Assembly: GCA_044345405.1 (NCBI GenBank)
Contig: JBIJBE010000002.1
Span: 96,001 to 160,000 of the forward strand
Reading direction: 5' to 3'
Length of the DNA: 64,000 nt
Source: Bdellovibrionota bacterium
Lineage (GTDB): Bacteria > Bdellovibrionota_C > UBA2361 > OMII01
Part shown: piece by piece, positions 20,277 to 30,309 of the stretch
Position numbering within the stretch: position 1 is the stretch's first letter
Layout: each line of letters opens with the position of its first letter
The notes under the pieces: model-generated
What the model was told of the DNA's origin: nothing
The model's database searches: none
What the model saw: the letters and a program-made list of their open reading frames with translations, nothing else
Made by a program: the position numbers and the translations under genes

Positions 20277-20645
20277 TCACTGGTAGATCGTTTCCTTCAG
20301 CCGCTTCAACAACATCAACATAAAGCCAGATGAACAGAGGTGAGGAAAGAAGCTTTGATTGAGCTTTTCAGCGTTGACTGCCACGGCAACAAGCTTAGTG
20401 ACGGTCGCCGCATCTGCTGAAAGGATCTTCTCCGGAGACTGAAGAAAGGGCCTCAGCTCCTCAATCCAGCCCATCCAATCAACATCCTCGGAGCACAGAC
20501 CGCTCCCCTTAATGCACTCTTGCAGATCTCTCACCTGCGGAGAGTATTCACCGGTAGTGATATACACTGAATGTGCGTCACGTAATCCGTCAGTCTCAAG
20601 GAGTGGAATAAAATCGAATAATCGCGTCAACGCCGCCTCGTCCAT
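20277..20645 (-). CDS. DUF6508-like hypothetical protein
   Basis: Likely start MDEAALTRL at 20645; YSPQV...DWMGW...ILSAD...GFMLMLLKRL pattern recalled for DUF6508. Confidence 0.65.
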   Translation of the reverse strand: MDEAALTRLFDFIPLLETDGLRDAHSVYITTGEYSPQVRDLQECIKGSGLCSEDVDWMGWIEELRPFLQSPEKILSADAATVTKLVAVAVNAEKLNQSFFPHLCSSGFMLMLLKRLKETIYQ

Positions 20646-20739
20646 TTTCTCGGTATACCACACGAGAGCGTGTTCGACTATGACACAGAGAAGCCTTCCT
20701 TGCCCCTGAGCAGACCGCGGGCGACGTGAGAGGTGAAAA

Positions 20740-20920
20740 TCACCGAGCGTCGTTACAGAGGTCAGTAAGGAGCGATACAACGTTAGCGTTAAACTCGCGT
20801 TGATTCCGCAACGCTGGACCGAACACGGCGTTGATGACCGGTTGAAGCATCCGCTTACCGAACACGATAAACGGCCCAATGATCTTACGGTGCGAGGTCG
20901 GAGTCTGGGGCCGAACATCG
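20740..20920 (-). pseudogene. displaced 3' end (59 codons plus stop) of the gene at 30902-31315
   Basis: Translates DVRPQTPTSHRKIIGPFIVFGKRMLQPVINAVFGPALRNQREFNANVVSLLTDLCNDAR*; colinear with 30902-31082 with no indels and 3 aa differences. Confidence 0.9.
20864..20920. repeat. 57-bp perfect direct repeat, left island boundary
   Basis: acgataaacggcccaatgatcttacggtgcgaggtcggagtctggggccgaacatcg, identical to 31026-31082. Confidence 0.92.
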
Positions 20921-21173
20921 AAGGACCTCCCGCATCGCCTTTATAAGCGCACAGGAGGGAAGATCATCGAAGCGTAGAGTCGCTGATTCCAACCCCTGCC
21001 CCACAGCGCATACTCGGGATCTGCCGAGGAATTCTCAAAAGACACGCCTGCTGCGGCGGAGTCGATTTTTCGAACACTCCAAGAGGCTGGGAGGCGGTAC
21101 CCGATATACATACAGGAAGAATAAAGAAACCGCCGCCCTACTCATCCCTACCTCAGGGCTCATCCCTGGCGCA

Positions 21174-22175
21174 TCACCGCCGCGCAACGGCCCTCTCGAT
21201 TGGATAGAAGGAGAACGAGTATTCCTTTAAAACTGCAATCACCGCCCAGTCCCTAAGGACGTGCCCGAATGCCTCTTGCAGCGAATCGGTAAGCTCTCCT
21301 ATCTGCTCGGGGCTCTCCACTTCACAACGCATGATATAGTCCCAGACACCGACGAGTCGCATCATACTCACAATCGAACGCTGCTGTTGGCACCATCGCA
21401 AGATACTCTTGTGCATCTCAGCAGAGAGTGTATTGCTTGCAATCTGAATTCGGTATACTTGCATGCCAAGGCGAGCCGGCGAGACGAGATACGGAAAACC
21501 TGTTATAACCCCACTCTTAGTCAAAGCCTGTATTCGATAACCAATAGTAGACGAAGGGAGTCCGGTAGCGGAGCTTATATTTCTTAGCGATTCCGCGCCG
21601 CGACCACCTAATACTCGCAATATAGCGTGGTCGACCTCGTCGATGCTGACGATCCCAGACCCCGGCAGCGCCTCAAATCTTCGGCTATGCTTCACGCCCT
21701 CCGGGGCGAGGTATTTCCTCCCGAACCACCAGTATCCGATCGAGAGGCACGAATCTCTCGTATCGAACATGCCCGGCGCGCGAGCGTCGAGCTCCTCTAG
21801 GCGCCGAGCCACGTCAAGCGTATTCATCGCCTCAATACCGATATGATAGTCATACTTACCGGCCGTGCGATAAAACCATCTGATCCCGGGGGATTCCGTC
21901 ACAGCCTGGGTAAGTCTTGCGCTGAGACTCTTTTTATCCTTCGCTGGAGAGAAGAAAACCTCAAGCTCGGTCGCCCCGAGCCGGTAGGTGTCGACAAAGA
22001 CAGCCTGCGAGACAAGCCCCTCCTTGGCCCAACGGCTCATCTTCCCCTGGAGAGCGCTCTCTTTTATCCCTAGAGATTTTGCGAGCGAGCTCAACGGCTC
22101 GTTACCATGGAACTGAAGCGAGTACAGCAGGAACTTGTCTACATCTGAAATTTTTTGAATTTGTTGTCTTTTCAA
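21174..22175 (-). CDS. Lrp/AsnC-like transcriptional regulator with two tandem HTH+RAM units
   Basis: ISDVDKFLL...LSSLAKSLGIKES...EGLV and IDEVDHAILRVL...SLRNISSATGLPSSTIGYRIQAL...GVI; RAM-like GKYDY and GVWDY. Confidence 0.82.
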   Translation of the reverse strand: MKRQQIQKISDVDKFLLYSLQFHGNEPLSSLAKSLGIKESALQGKMSRWAKEGLVSQAVFVDTYRLGATELEVFFSPAKDKKSLSARLTQAVTESPGIRWFYRTAGKYDYHIGIEAMNTLDVARRLEELDARAPGMFDTRDSCLSIGYWWFGRKYLAPEGVKHSRRFEALPGSGIVSIDEVDHAILRVLGGRGAESLRNISSATGLPSSTIGYRIQALTKSGVITGFPYLVSPARLGMQVYRIQIASNTLSAEMHKSILRWCQQQRSIVSMMRLVGVWDYIMRCEVESPEQIGELTDSLQEAFGHVLRDWAVIAVLKEYSFSFYPIERAVARR

Positions 22176-22290
22176 TCGACTCTCTACTTACAAAAGACGT
22201 CAATAACTAGCGCTCTAAACTAAAAACCGAAGCCCGACAAGAATAAAGGATGCCAGAGGATTTGTTATAAAACCGATACGAGAGAGAAGA

Positions 22291-22320
22291 AGGGAAGTGA
22301 ACCCCATGGCTCACTTCCCT
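22291..22320 (-). terminator. hairpin after csrA (possible terminator/attenuator)
   Basis: 10-bp stem AGGGAAGTGA/TCACTTCCCT followed on the minus strand by pyrimidine-rich TCTTCTCTCTC. Confidence 0.55.
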
Positions 22321-22325
22321 GCTGG

Positions 22326-22493
22326 CTACCGTCCTGCGTCAGGGCGCGTTCTGGTCTCCTGCCTGAAAACTGGAACATTCCTTGGCGCTTCGATTCCAAG
22401 TTTAACCCTTCCGCGTTCAATTTCTAACACGGTAATTTTGATGGAATCACCAATGACTATTACCTGATCACTACGCCGCGCAAGAACCAACAT
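22326..22493 (-). CDS. csrA: carbon storage regulator CsrA/RsmA homolog
   Basis: MLVLARRSDQVIVIGDSIKITVLEIERGRVKLGIEAPRNVPVFRQE; GGGAG RBS; start at ATG 22493. Confidence 0.9.
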   Translation of the reverse strand: MLVLARRSDQVIVIGDSIKITVLEIERGRVKLGIEAPRNVPVFRQETRTRPDAGR

Positions 22494-22523
22494 TAGACTA
22501 TTCTCCCAAAAAAACTTCAAAGG

Positions 22524-22651
22524 CCCTCTGAGAAACCGTCGTCCCTCCTCTGGCATAAGAGTCAGAGCGACATACCGTTAGAGATAGAGAAAGTACAACC
22601 GTCAGTCAAACGACATGAACGGTGACCAACAATCGGCTCGAATATTGGACA
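22524..22651 (-). promoter_or_regulatory. conserved operator/promoter/leader element, copy 1
   Basis: TGACCAA-N15-TTGGACA at 22623-22651; minus-strand TTGACT-17-TATCTC; leader ACTCTTATGCCAGAGGAGGGACGACGGTTTCTCAGAGGG. Confidence 0.75.
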
Positions 22652-22717
22652 AATACAGAGGCCTCGCCAACGAATATCTCAGGAGAGTGCGTAGCGAGAA
22701 TAAACGTAAATCAGACA

Positions 22718-24958
22718 TCACTCAATTCTCTCCGCCACCCAGTTGTACTCAAACACGCCACTCCGAGAACTAGATGAGCCGGTGACAACGGTTTTTCCAG
22801 ACAGCGCAGAGCCGTCCGCGGACAGAACTGCAGAGCTACTCAGAGTGGCTCCGTTGATGGACTTCGCAAGCAAGTTTACGTCAAAGCCGTGTTCCCGAGG
22901 CGTAACCGAGACCGATTCAAAGTGAGTAAAGAGAACCTCGCCGCTCAACCCCGATATACCCGTTACGCCAACCAGAGTGATAGAAGAGCCAATGAATCCT
23001 CTTTGGCTCTCGTCGAATATGAAATAACCCTCCCCCTCGGCGGGCGCCGTAAGGGACCATTTCCAAACCCCGGCCAAGTGAGAAGGAGTTGATGCGGAAT
23101 TGGACTTGCCGGCTGATAGCGGAGGATTCTGCTGCGGACCGGCGTCGACACGCGGAGTATCTGCTTGCTCCATCAACGGCTGGAGTGGTTCTGCCACAGT
23201 ATTCTCGAGCCAGTCGACTGAGCTGTAGGTTCTTAACTGACCGTCCACTAATCGCTCAAACCCTTTCGTCGCTACCAGCGCCCCCGGTTCGGTCTTATCC
23301 GCAATGTAAAACAGGGCGGTGACTGAAACATCAGAGAGTCGCCGCACCTCGCCTTCTTGCGACACGCCATCTCTATTCGCGTCGAACCACAGGCCCAATT
23401 TGTCGAGTTCGATGCCGTCTATCTTTCCATTTCTATCAGTGTCCATGGTCGCGAGCGCTTCGTACCCATCTTTCCACGGAATGGCGGTGTGTTGGTTGTC
23501 CGAAGCGGGCTGCTTTCCGCCGAAGGTCCAACTGCCGAATAGCTGTTCGGCCGAGGTGATTGAACCGGTGTGTTCAGCGTCAAAAACAAGGACAGGGAGA
23601 GACGCTGAACCTCTCCACAACCACGTATCCTGCTTCGAGTGAGGGTTAAGCTTGAATGACACCATCGTGCTCGGAAGCAGAGAGTAGTCACCAGCCCATA
23701 CCAGGGAGATCGGCGTAGCCATTTCAGCGTAGTAAGAGATAGATCCGCACGACATTTTGTCGGGCGTGATCGTCGAGACTGGAATCAGCTTGCAATTTTG
23801 ATCAATGTAGAGAGAGCCCGCCTTACACCCCGGCTCTTTGTCCTCTTTCGAGCCTCCCCCGATCTGTGCCTCACCTGCATGACCCAGGGAGTTCGCGGCA
23901 CCGTAACCTCCGAGGCAGTTGATGTACTGTTTATTTTGCTCGTAACTGTCTCTTGTCCGCTCGTTCTTCTCGAGAAGGTGTATCCAGAGGTAGCTGGTAA
24001 AGCACGTGGCGTACTTCTCCATCATTTCCTTGCCGGCCAGATCTACGCCCTTGGCCTGGGTGTATCCGAAATCTTGGTTATGACAGGTCTCGAACGCTTT
24101 TCTAGCAACGTCTTCGAAACACTGCAATGATTGCGCGCCCTCACTTGGTGATATCTTCAGATCTCCCAACTTGTGCGTGCTTCCGTGCTTGAAATTAAGT
24201 CCGTAGTAGCTGCAACTAGGGGTTGGAGTAGCCGTGCTTGTCGCCGTCGCCGTTCGAGTGGGTGTGAGCGTCGGAGTCCGGGTAGGAGTTCTCGTAGGCG
24301 TCGCCGTTCGAGTGGGCGTAAGCGTCGGAGTCCGGGTAGGAGTTCTCGTAGGCGTCGCCGTTCGAGTGGGTGTAAGCGTCGGAGTCCGGGTAGGAGTTCT
24401 CGTAGGCGTCGCTGTTCGAGTGGGTGTAAGCGTCGGAGTCCGGGTAGGAGTTCTCGTAGGCGTCGCTGTTCTAGTTGGGGTAGGCGTCGAGGTTGGTGTT
24501 TTCGTCCCCGAGCATCCGACTCTTCGGAGGTAGTTCAAGATGACTGCAGAATCGAGGGGCGTTACACTGCCATCCCGGTTTACGTCTAAAGCTCTCGAAC
24601 TTTCACTAACGGGGCCTGGCCCCTTCTTGATGAGAAACAGGTCGATCGCTTGAGCGTCCGTTTCATTAACCACGCAATCCTGATTGACATCATAGGTTGA
24701 TAAGACTCTGTCGCCGTTACAATCCAGCGGCGCGCAAGGCTTCGCTGTCGCCGAGCGGGTAGGAGTTGGGTCGAGCCGTGAGGGCGCATCCTCTGGGCTG
24801 CGAACGACCGGCGAGGCGTTACAAACCCAAGTCACGGGGTATGATACGGCCAAAAGACACGCGATCCCTAGGGCGCACAGGCGACTGCTGCAATAAAGAA
24901 CAACATTGGCGACCGCACCGATTAAGCCTTCAGCGAAGTCGTTCAGCTTGATCACCAT
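22718..24958 (-). CDS. large exported protein: dockerin-like EF-hand pair, PT linker, Cys-rich region, DxDxDG Ca-binding domain
   Basis: [13 protein letters not shown]...[13 protein letters not shown]; ([18 protein letters not shown])n; TPISLVW...EQLFG...[17 protein letters not shown]...[15 protein letters not shown], a pattern typical of large secreted Ca-binding proteins. Confidence 0.8.
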   Translation of the reverse strand: MVIKLNDFAEGLIGAVANVVLYCSSRLCALGIACLLAVSYPVTWVCNASPVVRSPEDAPSRLDPTPTRSATAKPCAPLDCNGDRVLSTYDVNQDCVVNETDAQAIDLFLIKKGPGPVSESSRALDVNRDGSVTPLDSAVILNYLRRVGCSGTKTPTSTPTPTRTATPTRTPTRTPTLTPTRTATPTRTPTRTPTLTPTRTATPTRTPTRTPTLTPTRTATPTRTPTRTPTLTPTRTATATSTATPTPSCSYYGLNFKHGSTHKLGDLKISPSEGAQSLQCFEDVARKAFETCHNQDFGYTQAKGVDLAGKEMMEKYATCFTSYLWIHLLEKNERTRDSYEQNKQYINCLGGYGAANSLGHAGEAQIGGGSKEDKEPGCKAGSLYIDQNCKLIPVSTITPDKMSCGSISYYAEMATPISLVWAGDYSLLPSTMVSFKLNPHSKQDTWLWRGSASLPVLVFDAEHTGSITSAEQLFGSWTFGGKQPASDNQHTAIPWKDGYEALATMDTDRNGKIDGIELDKLGLWFDANRDGVSQEGEVRRLSDVSVTALFYIADKTEPGALVATKGFERLVDGQLRTYSSVDWLENTVAEPLQPLMEQADTPRVDAGPQQNPPLSAGKSNSASTPSHLAGVWKWSLTAPAEGEGYFIFDESQRGFIGSSITLVGVTGISGLSGEVLFTHFESVSVTPREHGFDVNLLAKSINGATLSSSAVLSADGSALSGKTVVTGSSSSRSGVFEYNWVAERIE
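24245..24470 (-). repeat. 54-bp coding tandem repeat (about 4 units) encoding a Pro/Thr linker
   Basis: Unit cgttcgagtgggtgtRagcgtcggagtccgggtaggagttctcgtaggcgtcgc. Confidence 0.9.
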
Positions 24959-25239
24959 CCCCTATTCTCCTCTAAGGCGTATAGCAGCCAAGGATCCCTC
25001 GTGCACCTCCCTAAACATCACGGAAGAAGAATGCAAAAAACTTCCGAAAACCATCCGCGACCAGAGGGAACGGCAAATGCCGGGCGGTGGCCACGGCACC
25101 ACAAAATACGCGAGTCGGCTCGCCCTCCCGATGCTAGCCATACCATACTAACTGTTGGGGGCTGTCGTCCGTTCTCGGACGAAACTTTACGTTTACAGCC
25201 AGTTTTGAGAAAGACCAAAAAATAGGAAGATTTCGGGTG

Positions 25240-25860
25240 CAAGAATGGGTAATGCGAAGGCACCGAACACATGGTCACCTTGTTTCAGCACCATACATCC
25301 TCAGGGAACCTTGCCTGCGGACTACGTTCATACCAGTGAGAGTAGCGGGCTTCCTTACCCAGGTTTCTCAGGGCTTTGAGAACGATCCCAGTGGGCAAGG
25401 TCATGCTGGAGGGGATTCCGAACGACTTTGCCCTTTACCGCGGTCAAACTAGCGGCGGCGGTCGCTTCTTGTGAGGGAAGGTATTTAAAGAGCTGTGGAT
25501 TAAGGGCGGTGCGTTAGCACTAGGTATTTGATCAGTCCGCCTGGTGTTCATGCGCCGGAAACACGAAAGCCCTCAGTGATTGTGGAGTTCAGACCGGAGC
25601 GGTCTTGAATGGACTGCCGGTCTCTGACGTGAAAGCGCTAACTGAACTGTCAGTTAACTGTTAATGCGCGTCACTTCCTTGGCTGGTAGAGCTGGGTTCG
25701 TCAGCCGCTGCCTCGCACCAGAAAACTGACCTTGCCATCAAAAGAGCCCCTTACCAGTTTGCCCAGGGCCGGCAATGCCCCTCAAAGATCCCGGTGTCGG
25801 CGCTGATCGGGTTTGTGGCTCTCGACGGAACGCTTTCCGCCAAACTGGAGGAGGGGGTGA
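25240..25860 (-). pseudogene. highly decayed remnant of the Lrp-like regulator, copy 2
   Basis: Ordered peptide islands resembling 21174-22175: LLQFGGKRS~SLQFHGNEP, TSETGSPFKT~SSATGLPSST, SQSPEKPG~VESPEQIG, SHYPF~SFYPI; many stops and frameshifts; lies downstream of a csrA remnant. Confidence 0.4.
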
Positions 25861-26175
25861 CGGTATACTGCGATGTCCTTGAGGAACTCAGAAACCATAC
25901 TCGCCGCACTAACGCGAACCTCAGTGTCTATTCTTGTTGGACATCCAAGTGAGCGCTGCGCAACTAACGCGGTACAAAATGAATCAAACTCCGAAAGCCA
26001 TTTGGAGGCAGATACTTCCGCTAATAACAAGGGGTCGAGCACCGAAAGTTCGATTGCAACGAACGACTGCTGGCACTCCTTGACAAGACTGGCCTGCGAC
26101 AAACCCGACACTCCATCGTCTTGCGTTATCAATCACGGCGAACACTCGGATAGCTCTGCCGTCGATGTTCCGGTG

Positions 26176-26289
26176 CTATTTTTTGGGGGCAGCAGAACAG
26201 GCGCCTCCGATCTTCAACACAAACCGCTCACTTCTTATTAAATCAGCTATCAGGATTACGTCGCCAGCTTTTCGGTTCAGACCTAATAG
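26176..26289 (-). pseudogene. csrA: csrA remnant, copy 2
   Basis: LLGLNRKAGDVILIADLIR...APKK* aligns to MLVLARRSDQVIVIGDSIK...APRN; start codon lost; nearly the same distance from the conserved element as the intact csrA. Confidence 0.65.
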
Positions 26290-26320
26290 TCCTATTTTCA
26301 TCCTCACAAACACTCGAAAA

Positions 26321-26448
26321 CCCTCTGAGAACCGTAATCCCTCCTCTTGCATAAGAGTCAGACCGACACACAACTTGGAGCTAGAGAAACCCAAGATCTC
26401 TCGCAAACTACGTAAAGTGCATACAACTAATAGCCCGAACATCGGTCA
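26321..26448 (-). promoter_or_regulatory. conserved operator/promoter/leader element, copy 2 (more diverged)
   Basis: CATACAA-N15-TCGGTCA at 26420-26448; TTGCGA-17-TAGCTC; leader ACTCTTATGCAAGAGGAGGGATTACGGTTCTCAGAGGG. Confidence 0.7.
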
Positions 26449-26513
26449 AACGTGAGTCAGGACCAAACCCGAGCGGAACTCCCAGGAGCACCCCCCTCAG
26501 TTTGACAGGGGCA

Positions 26514-29500
26514 CTAAGAACACTGACTGTTAAAGCGAGGAAGCTGCGTTGATACCTCCAGAGTTCGATTATACAAGGTTGTTCCCGTGGCAGCACGGGC
26601 CGCATCGCTTGAACTAAGGCTACGGCGCCGTGCTTTCTTAAGTGTCGACGCCGCTCGCTTCGTGAGGCGGTGAAGCTGCTTCGCGCGACCGGTTATCTCA
26701 GTGATATTTGATGAAGTCTGAATGGCCGCGCATCCAACGCATGATTTAGTCACCAGCGGGAAGCTCGACCATATGCTTTTCCATTGCGCAAGGTAGAGGT
26801 CCTGGGCCTCCTCCTCGTATGAAGCAGCGAGGTCCAAAAAGGTTGACGCGTTCGATACGCGTCTGATGCGACTCGCTAAATAGCGCACGGCAGACCGCTG
26901 TCGCGAGGCGAGATTATCGAGCTGTGACAACGTATCTTTGTTGTCGGCTTCGTTACACGAGATCTCTTCAACGGTACATCGCTGAGTCTGCGCCGAGGCC
27001 TCGACGGCGGCACTACCTAATGTCCACGTGATCACACTCGACGAGCTGGTGTTGTCACTTTCCGGAGTCGCGAAAGGGACAACCATCGTGAAGACATTAC
27101 TAAACGCGCCTCGAAAGAAGGTCGTCGGTTGACCCGGATTCGCCACGCCTGGATCCACGGAATTCCGCGGGCCATAAGGAATTGCAACAGAGGATAGTTC
27201 ATCACTCCTGTAACCGAAGTGTGCTAACAGGCTCCCGTCTTGCAGGACATCCACACACTCGGCAATCGGTGTTACCTTGTATTGTGTGTCAGTTTGAGTC
27301 TCTGTTGCTGACGTTGTCGCCGTAGGCGTCGGTGTCTTTGTCAGCGCTATGACCTCGCATGTTGCCGACGGTGTCGCCGTGGGTGTCGGTGTCTTCGTCG
27401 GCATTATGACCTCGCATGTTGCTGAAGGTGTCGCCGTAGGTGTCGGTGTCTTTGTCGGCACCACCTCGTCGCACTCGACATTGTCTTTTGGTGAGGAACA
27501 TCCCGGATCCAATCCATCAATCAGACCATCTCTGTCGTCATCAACGCCGTTCTGACATTGAGAGGTGCCATCAGCCTCATTAGTATCTTGAGAACTTGAG
27601 CATCCTGGGTCAGCCAAATCGATAAGGCCGTCTCGATCATCGTCCGTACCGTTTTGGCACTGAGAGGTTCCGTCACCCTCATTATTGTCTTGAGGGCTTG
27701 AGCATCCTGGGTCAGCCAAATCGATAAGACCATCTCGATCATCGTCCGTACCGTTCTGACACTGAGCAACTGGCGATGCCTCGTCGCTATCATCAGGTCC
27801 ACTACAAGCGAAGTCCTGCAGGTCGATCGCACCGTCTCTGTCGTTGTCCACACCATCCGAGCACTGACTCGCAATTTGGAAGCGATACGCGACCTTTGCG
27901 GCCTGCCACGGACCCTTCTGGCCACCTTGCCCGATTCCTCGTACGAACCACTGGTACTGCCCTCGCGGCAAAACCGTTGTTGGCGTGTAAGAAGTTGACG
28001 TCAGGCTTGCCTGCCTAATGACCACCTGGCCGTTCGCGGGGGAGATTTGTCTAACCACGATCTCGTAAGTTTTTGCCCCGGCAGCGGCCTTCCAGCGAAA
28101 AGCTACTTCAGGAGCTGAAATTACTCCGTTCTGAGGAGGGAATACCTGCGTTGGTAAGCCGATAGGTTGCGCACGAGCCTCGTTGTTGAGGGTACGGTCG
28201 TATGTCGCACTGCTCGTGAGGTCACGCCAGCATCCGGGGTCGGACGCGTCCGTCACTCCGTCAGAATCGTTATCCGAGCCATCCTGACACTGTGAGGTGC
28301 CATCAGCCTCATTAGTATCTTGGGGACTTGAGCATCCTGGGTCAGCTATATCGACAAGGCCATCTCGATCATCGTCCGTACCGTTCTGACACTGAGCAAC
28401 TGGTGATGCCTCGTCATTATCATCAGCTCCACTACAAGAGAAGTCCTGCAGGTCGATTACACCGTCACCATCATTGTCTAATCCGTCCGAGCACTGGCTT
28501 GCAATTTGGAAGGTAAACGCGACATTTTCGGACTGCCAAGGACCTTTCTGGCCGGCTTGACGGACTGCTCGTACAAACCATTGGTACCTCCCCCGCGGCA
28601 AAGATACCAGTGGCTTGTAAAACGTCGAGGTTATGTTTGCCGTTCTTATGACCTCCTGGTTTGCTTGAGGAGAGACCTGTCTGACCGAGACCTCATAAGA
28701 TTGCGCTCTAGCAACAGCCTTCCAGCGGAAAGCTAATTCGGGCGCCGTAATCACAGCGTTCCGAGGTGGAAACACCTGGGTTGGTATCCCTAGTTCTGGT
28801 TGCGAGCGAGCTTCGTTGTTGAGGGTACGATCGTAGGTCGAGCTGTTCCCGACGTCACGCCAGCACCCAGGATCTGCCGCATCGACCACTCCGTCGAGGT
28901 CGTTATCTGAGCCATCCTGACACTGAGAGGTTAGTAGACCTTCGTCGTTTAGGTTGGGGTCATATGAGCTAGGGTTTTCAGGGTTAGCCCAGCATCCGGG
29001 GTCATATCGGTCAGACAGGCGATCCCCATCGTTATCGAGACCATCGTCGCATTCCGTCCCACCTGAGCACAGATACGAGAAGTAAGCGTTTACACATCCA
29101 TTATTAAAGCCAAGAACCGCCTGGCCGGTGGTGGGATCATACAAAGCTCCCTGGATGCTCGTGGAACTGCACTTAGAAGAGAACGTGTTAGTACCGGCGG
29201 CACACCTTCGATTTCTTCCGATAGTTTGACTTCCAGACGCTTGAGTTGATTTGAAAGAAGTTAGATGAGCGGTCGTCGCTGTTCCCGGCTGGGCGCATAT
29301 ATATCCACATTCCGAGATTCGGCCAGCTCCGCTTTGGGACGCGGTAATAACCCCATCCTCCCTGTTGTAGGAACATTCTACCGTTCCAGTACCGGCGCCG
29401 CCCTGTCTGACCTTTTGGAAATTTGCCACACTGACGACGCAAGTGAGACCAGCACCAATTGAAGTACCAGAGGAAACATATCCTGCCGTAAATTTTTGAC

Positions 29501-29825
29501 TTGCTCCTCGAGAATTATGGCACACATATACGCCCTTTCCGTCGGCGTATCGATTGCTGGCAATGGAGACACGGTTATTAGCAAGGCGTACCTGGAAGAA
29601 CGGCTCCTGATTCGCGGAGTTGTCGGATCGAACCCAAAGATAATTCCCCACAGAGGTAAAGCACTGGTCATAACCATCAGTGGACACGCTTTCTGTTGCC
29701 GAGATGTAGCCCATCTTAACGCCGCTATCCCGATATATCTCCTGGGCATTGATAACCGCCCCCCCAAGGAAGACTGACAAAAGTGAACAGAGCGTTGCGA
29801 TTCGAAGAGATAATCTTGTTTTCAT
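26514..29825 (-). CDS. 1103-aa secreted repeat protein: Cys-rich N-domain, about 9 C-x-(D/N)G-x-D-x-D-x-DG repeats, two FN3/Ig-like domains, PT linker, C-terminal domains
   Basis: Signal peptide; QCQNGTDDDRDGLIDLADPGCSS repeats; FRWKAV...SYEV...LPRGRYQWFVRA twice; TKTPTPTATPSAT repeats. Confidence 0.85.
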   Translation of the reverse strand: MKTRLSLRIATLCSLLSVFLGGAVINAQEIYRDSGVKMGYISATESVSTDGYDQCFTSVGNYLWVRSDNSANQEPFFQVRLANNRVSIASNRYADGKGVYVCHNSRGASQKFTAGYVSSGTSIGAGLTCVVSVANFQKVRQGGAGTGTVECSYNREDGVITASQSGAGRISECGYICAQPGTATTAHLTSFKSTQASGSQTIGRNRRCAAGTNTFSSKCSSTSIQGALYDPTTGQAVLGFNNGCVNAYFSYLCSGGTECDDGLDNDGDRLSDRYDPGCWANPENPSSYDPNLNDEGLLTSQCQDGSDNDLDGVVDAADPGCWRDVGNSSTYDRTLNNEARSQPELGIPTQVFPPRNAVITAPELAFRWKAVARAQSYEVSVRQVSPQANQEVIRTANITSTFYKPLVSLPRGRYQWFVRAVRQAGQKGPWQSENVAFTFQIASQCSDGLDNDGDGVIDLQDFSCSGADDNDEASPVAQCQNGTDDDRDGLVDIADPGCSSPQDTNEADGTSQCQDGSDNDSDGVTDASDPGCWRDLTSSATYDRTLNNEARAQPIGLPTQVFPPQNGVISAPEVAFRWKAAAGAKTYEIVVRQISPANGQVVIRQASLTSTSYTPTTVLPRGQYQWFVRGIGQGGQKGPWQAAKVAYRFQIASQCSDGVDNDRDGAIDLQDFACSGPDDSDEASPVAQCQNGTDDDRDGLIDLADPGCSSPQDNNEGDGTSQCQNGTDDDRDGLIDLADPGCSSSQDTNEADGTSQCQNGVDDDRDGLIDGLDPGCSSPKDNVECDEVVPTKTPTPTATPSATCEVIMPTKTPTPTATPSATCEVIALTKTPTPTATTSATETQTDTQYKVTPIAECVDVLQDGSLLAHFGYRSDELSSVAIPYGPRNSVDPGVANPGQPTTFFRGAFSNVFTMVVPFATPESDNTSSSSVITWTLGSAAVEASAQTQRCTVEEISCNEADNKDTLSQLDNLASRQRSAVRYLASRIRRVSNASTFLDLAASYEEEAQDLYLAQWKSIWSSFPLVTKSCVGCAAIQTSSNITEITGRAKQLHRLTKRAASTLKKARRRSLSSSDAARAATGTTLYNRTLEVSTQLPRFNSQCS

Positions 29826-29864
29826 GACGATATTTGGACCTTTGTAGTCATCCTTTGCCGAGTT

Positions 29865-30059
29865 TCACTGTTTAGTGGCACCAATCTTTCTTAAGAAGGT
29901 CGACAAGTCGTTAACCCGACCTTCCCACACACCTTCCGTAAAACCCGCCAATCCCTTCTCCGTTGTTCGGCACATCGACATATGAGGGGCTCCGGGCCCA
30001 GCTACACGCCGATTCCCTTGAGAGACGAAAGAACGAAGCATTCTGGAGGACCTGCTCAA
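29865..30059 (-). pseudogene. possible N-terminal remnant of the Lrp-like regulator, copy 3
   Basis: MLRSFVSQGN...EGRVN...RKIGATK resembles LLYSLQFHGN...EGLVS...YRLGATE; lies downstream of a csrA pseudogene. Confidence 0.4.
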
Positions 30060-30126
30060 ACAACCTTTTTTTGAGACTCAAAGGGAACGCACACCCGTGC
30101 CCCCCGCTGCTAGCTGACGTCCCCAG

Positions 30127-30280
30127 TCAGAAGTCCTTTTCCCCCTGCCTGACCACGGGAACATTCCCTTGGGCTCTGGATGCCCAATTACATTCTGTCG
30201 CCCTTGACGTTTAAAACCGTAACTCCGACGCTTCAACGAACAAGAATTGCCTCATCATGTTTCCGGGCTATCGCCAATCT
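30127..30280 (-). pseudogene. csrA: csrA pseudogene, copy 3
   Basis: RLAIARKHDEAILVR*SVGVTVLNVKGDRM*LGIQSPR/NVPVVRQG: colinear with the intact csrA, with two in-frame stops, one frameshift and no start codon. Confidence 0.8.
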
Positions 30281-30309
30281 GTGCGCACTCTTCTTAAAAA
30301 CGTCAAAAG

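Noticed and set aside
20646-20918. N-terminal 90 aa of the listed ORF 20277-20918
   Set aside because: It is an out-of-frame reading of the displaced gene fragment; the DUF6508-like protein more plausibly starts at 20645
20921-20990. HRLYKRTGGKIIEA next to the left repeat, faintly like a tyrosine-recombinase C-terminal segment
   Set aside because: Too short, followed by stops, and lacking the LGH and HxxR motifs; cannot be supported without an HMM search
22524-22570. Leader beginning CTCTTAT...GAG...GAGGGAC resembles the start of a SAM-I riboswitch
   Set aside because: Lacks the downstream GCAACC/GTGC core and the closing P1 strand, and the downstream genes are not methionine-related
24245-24470. 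54-bp repeats as CRISPR or non-coding repeat
   Set aside because: They are contiguous, in frame and encode a PT linker
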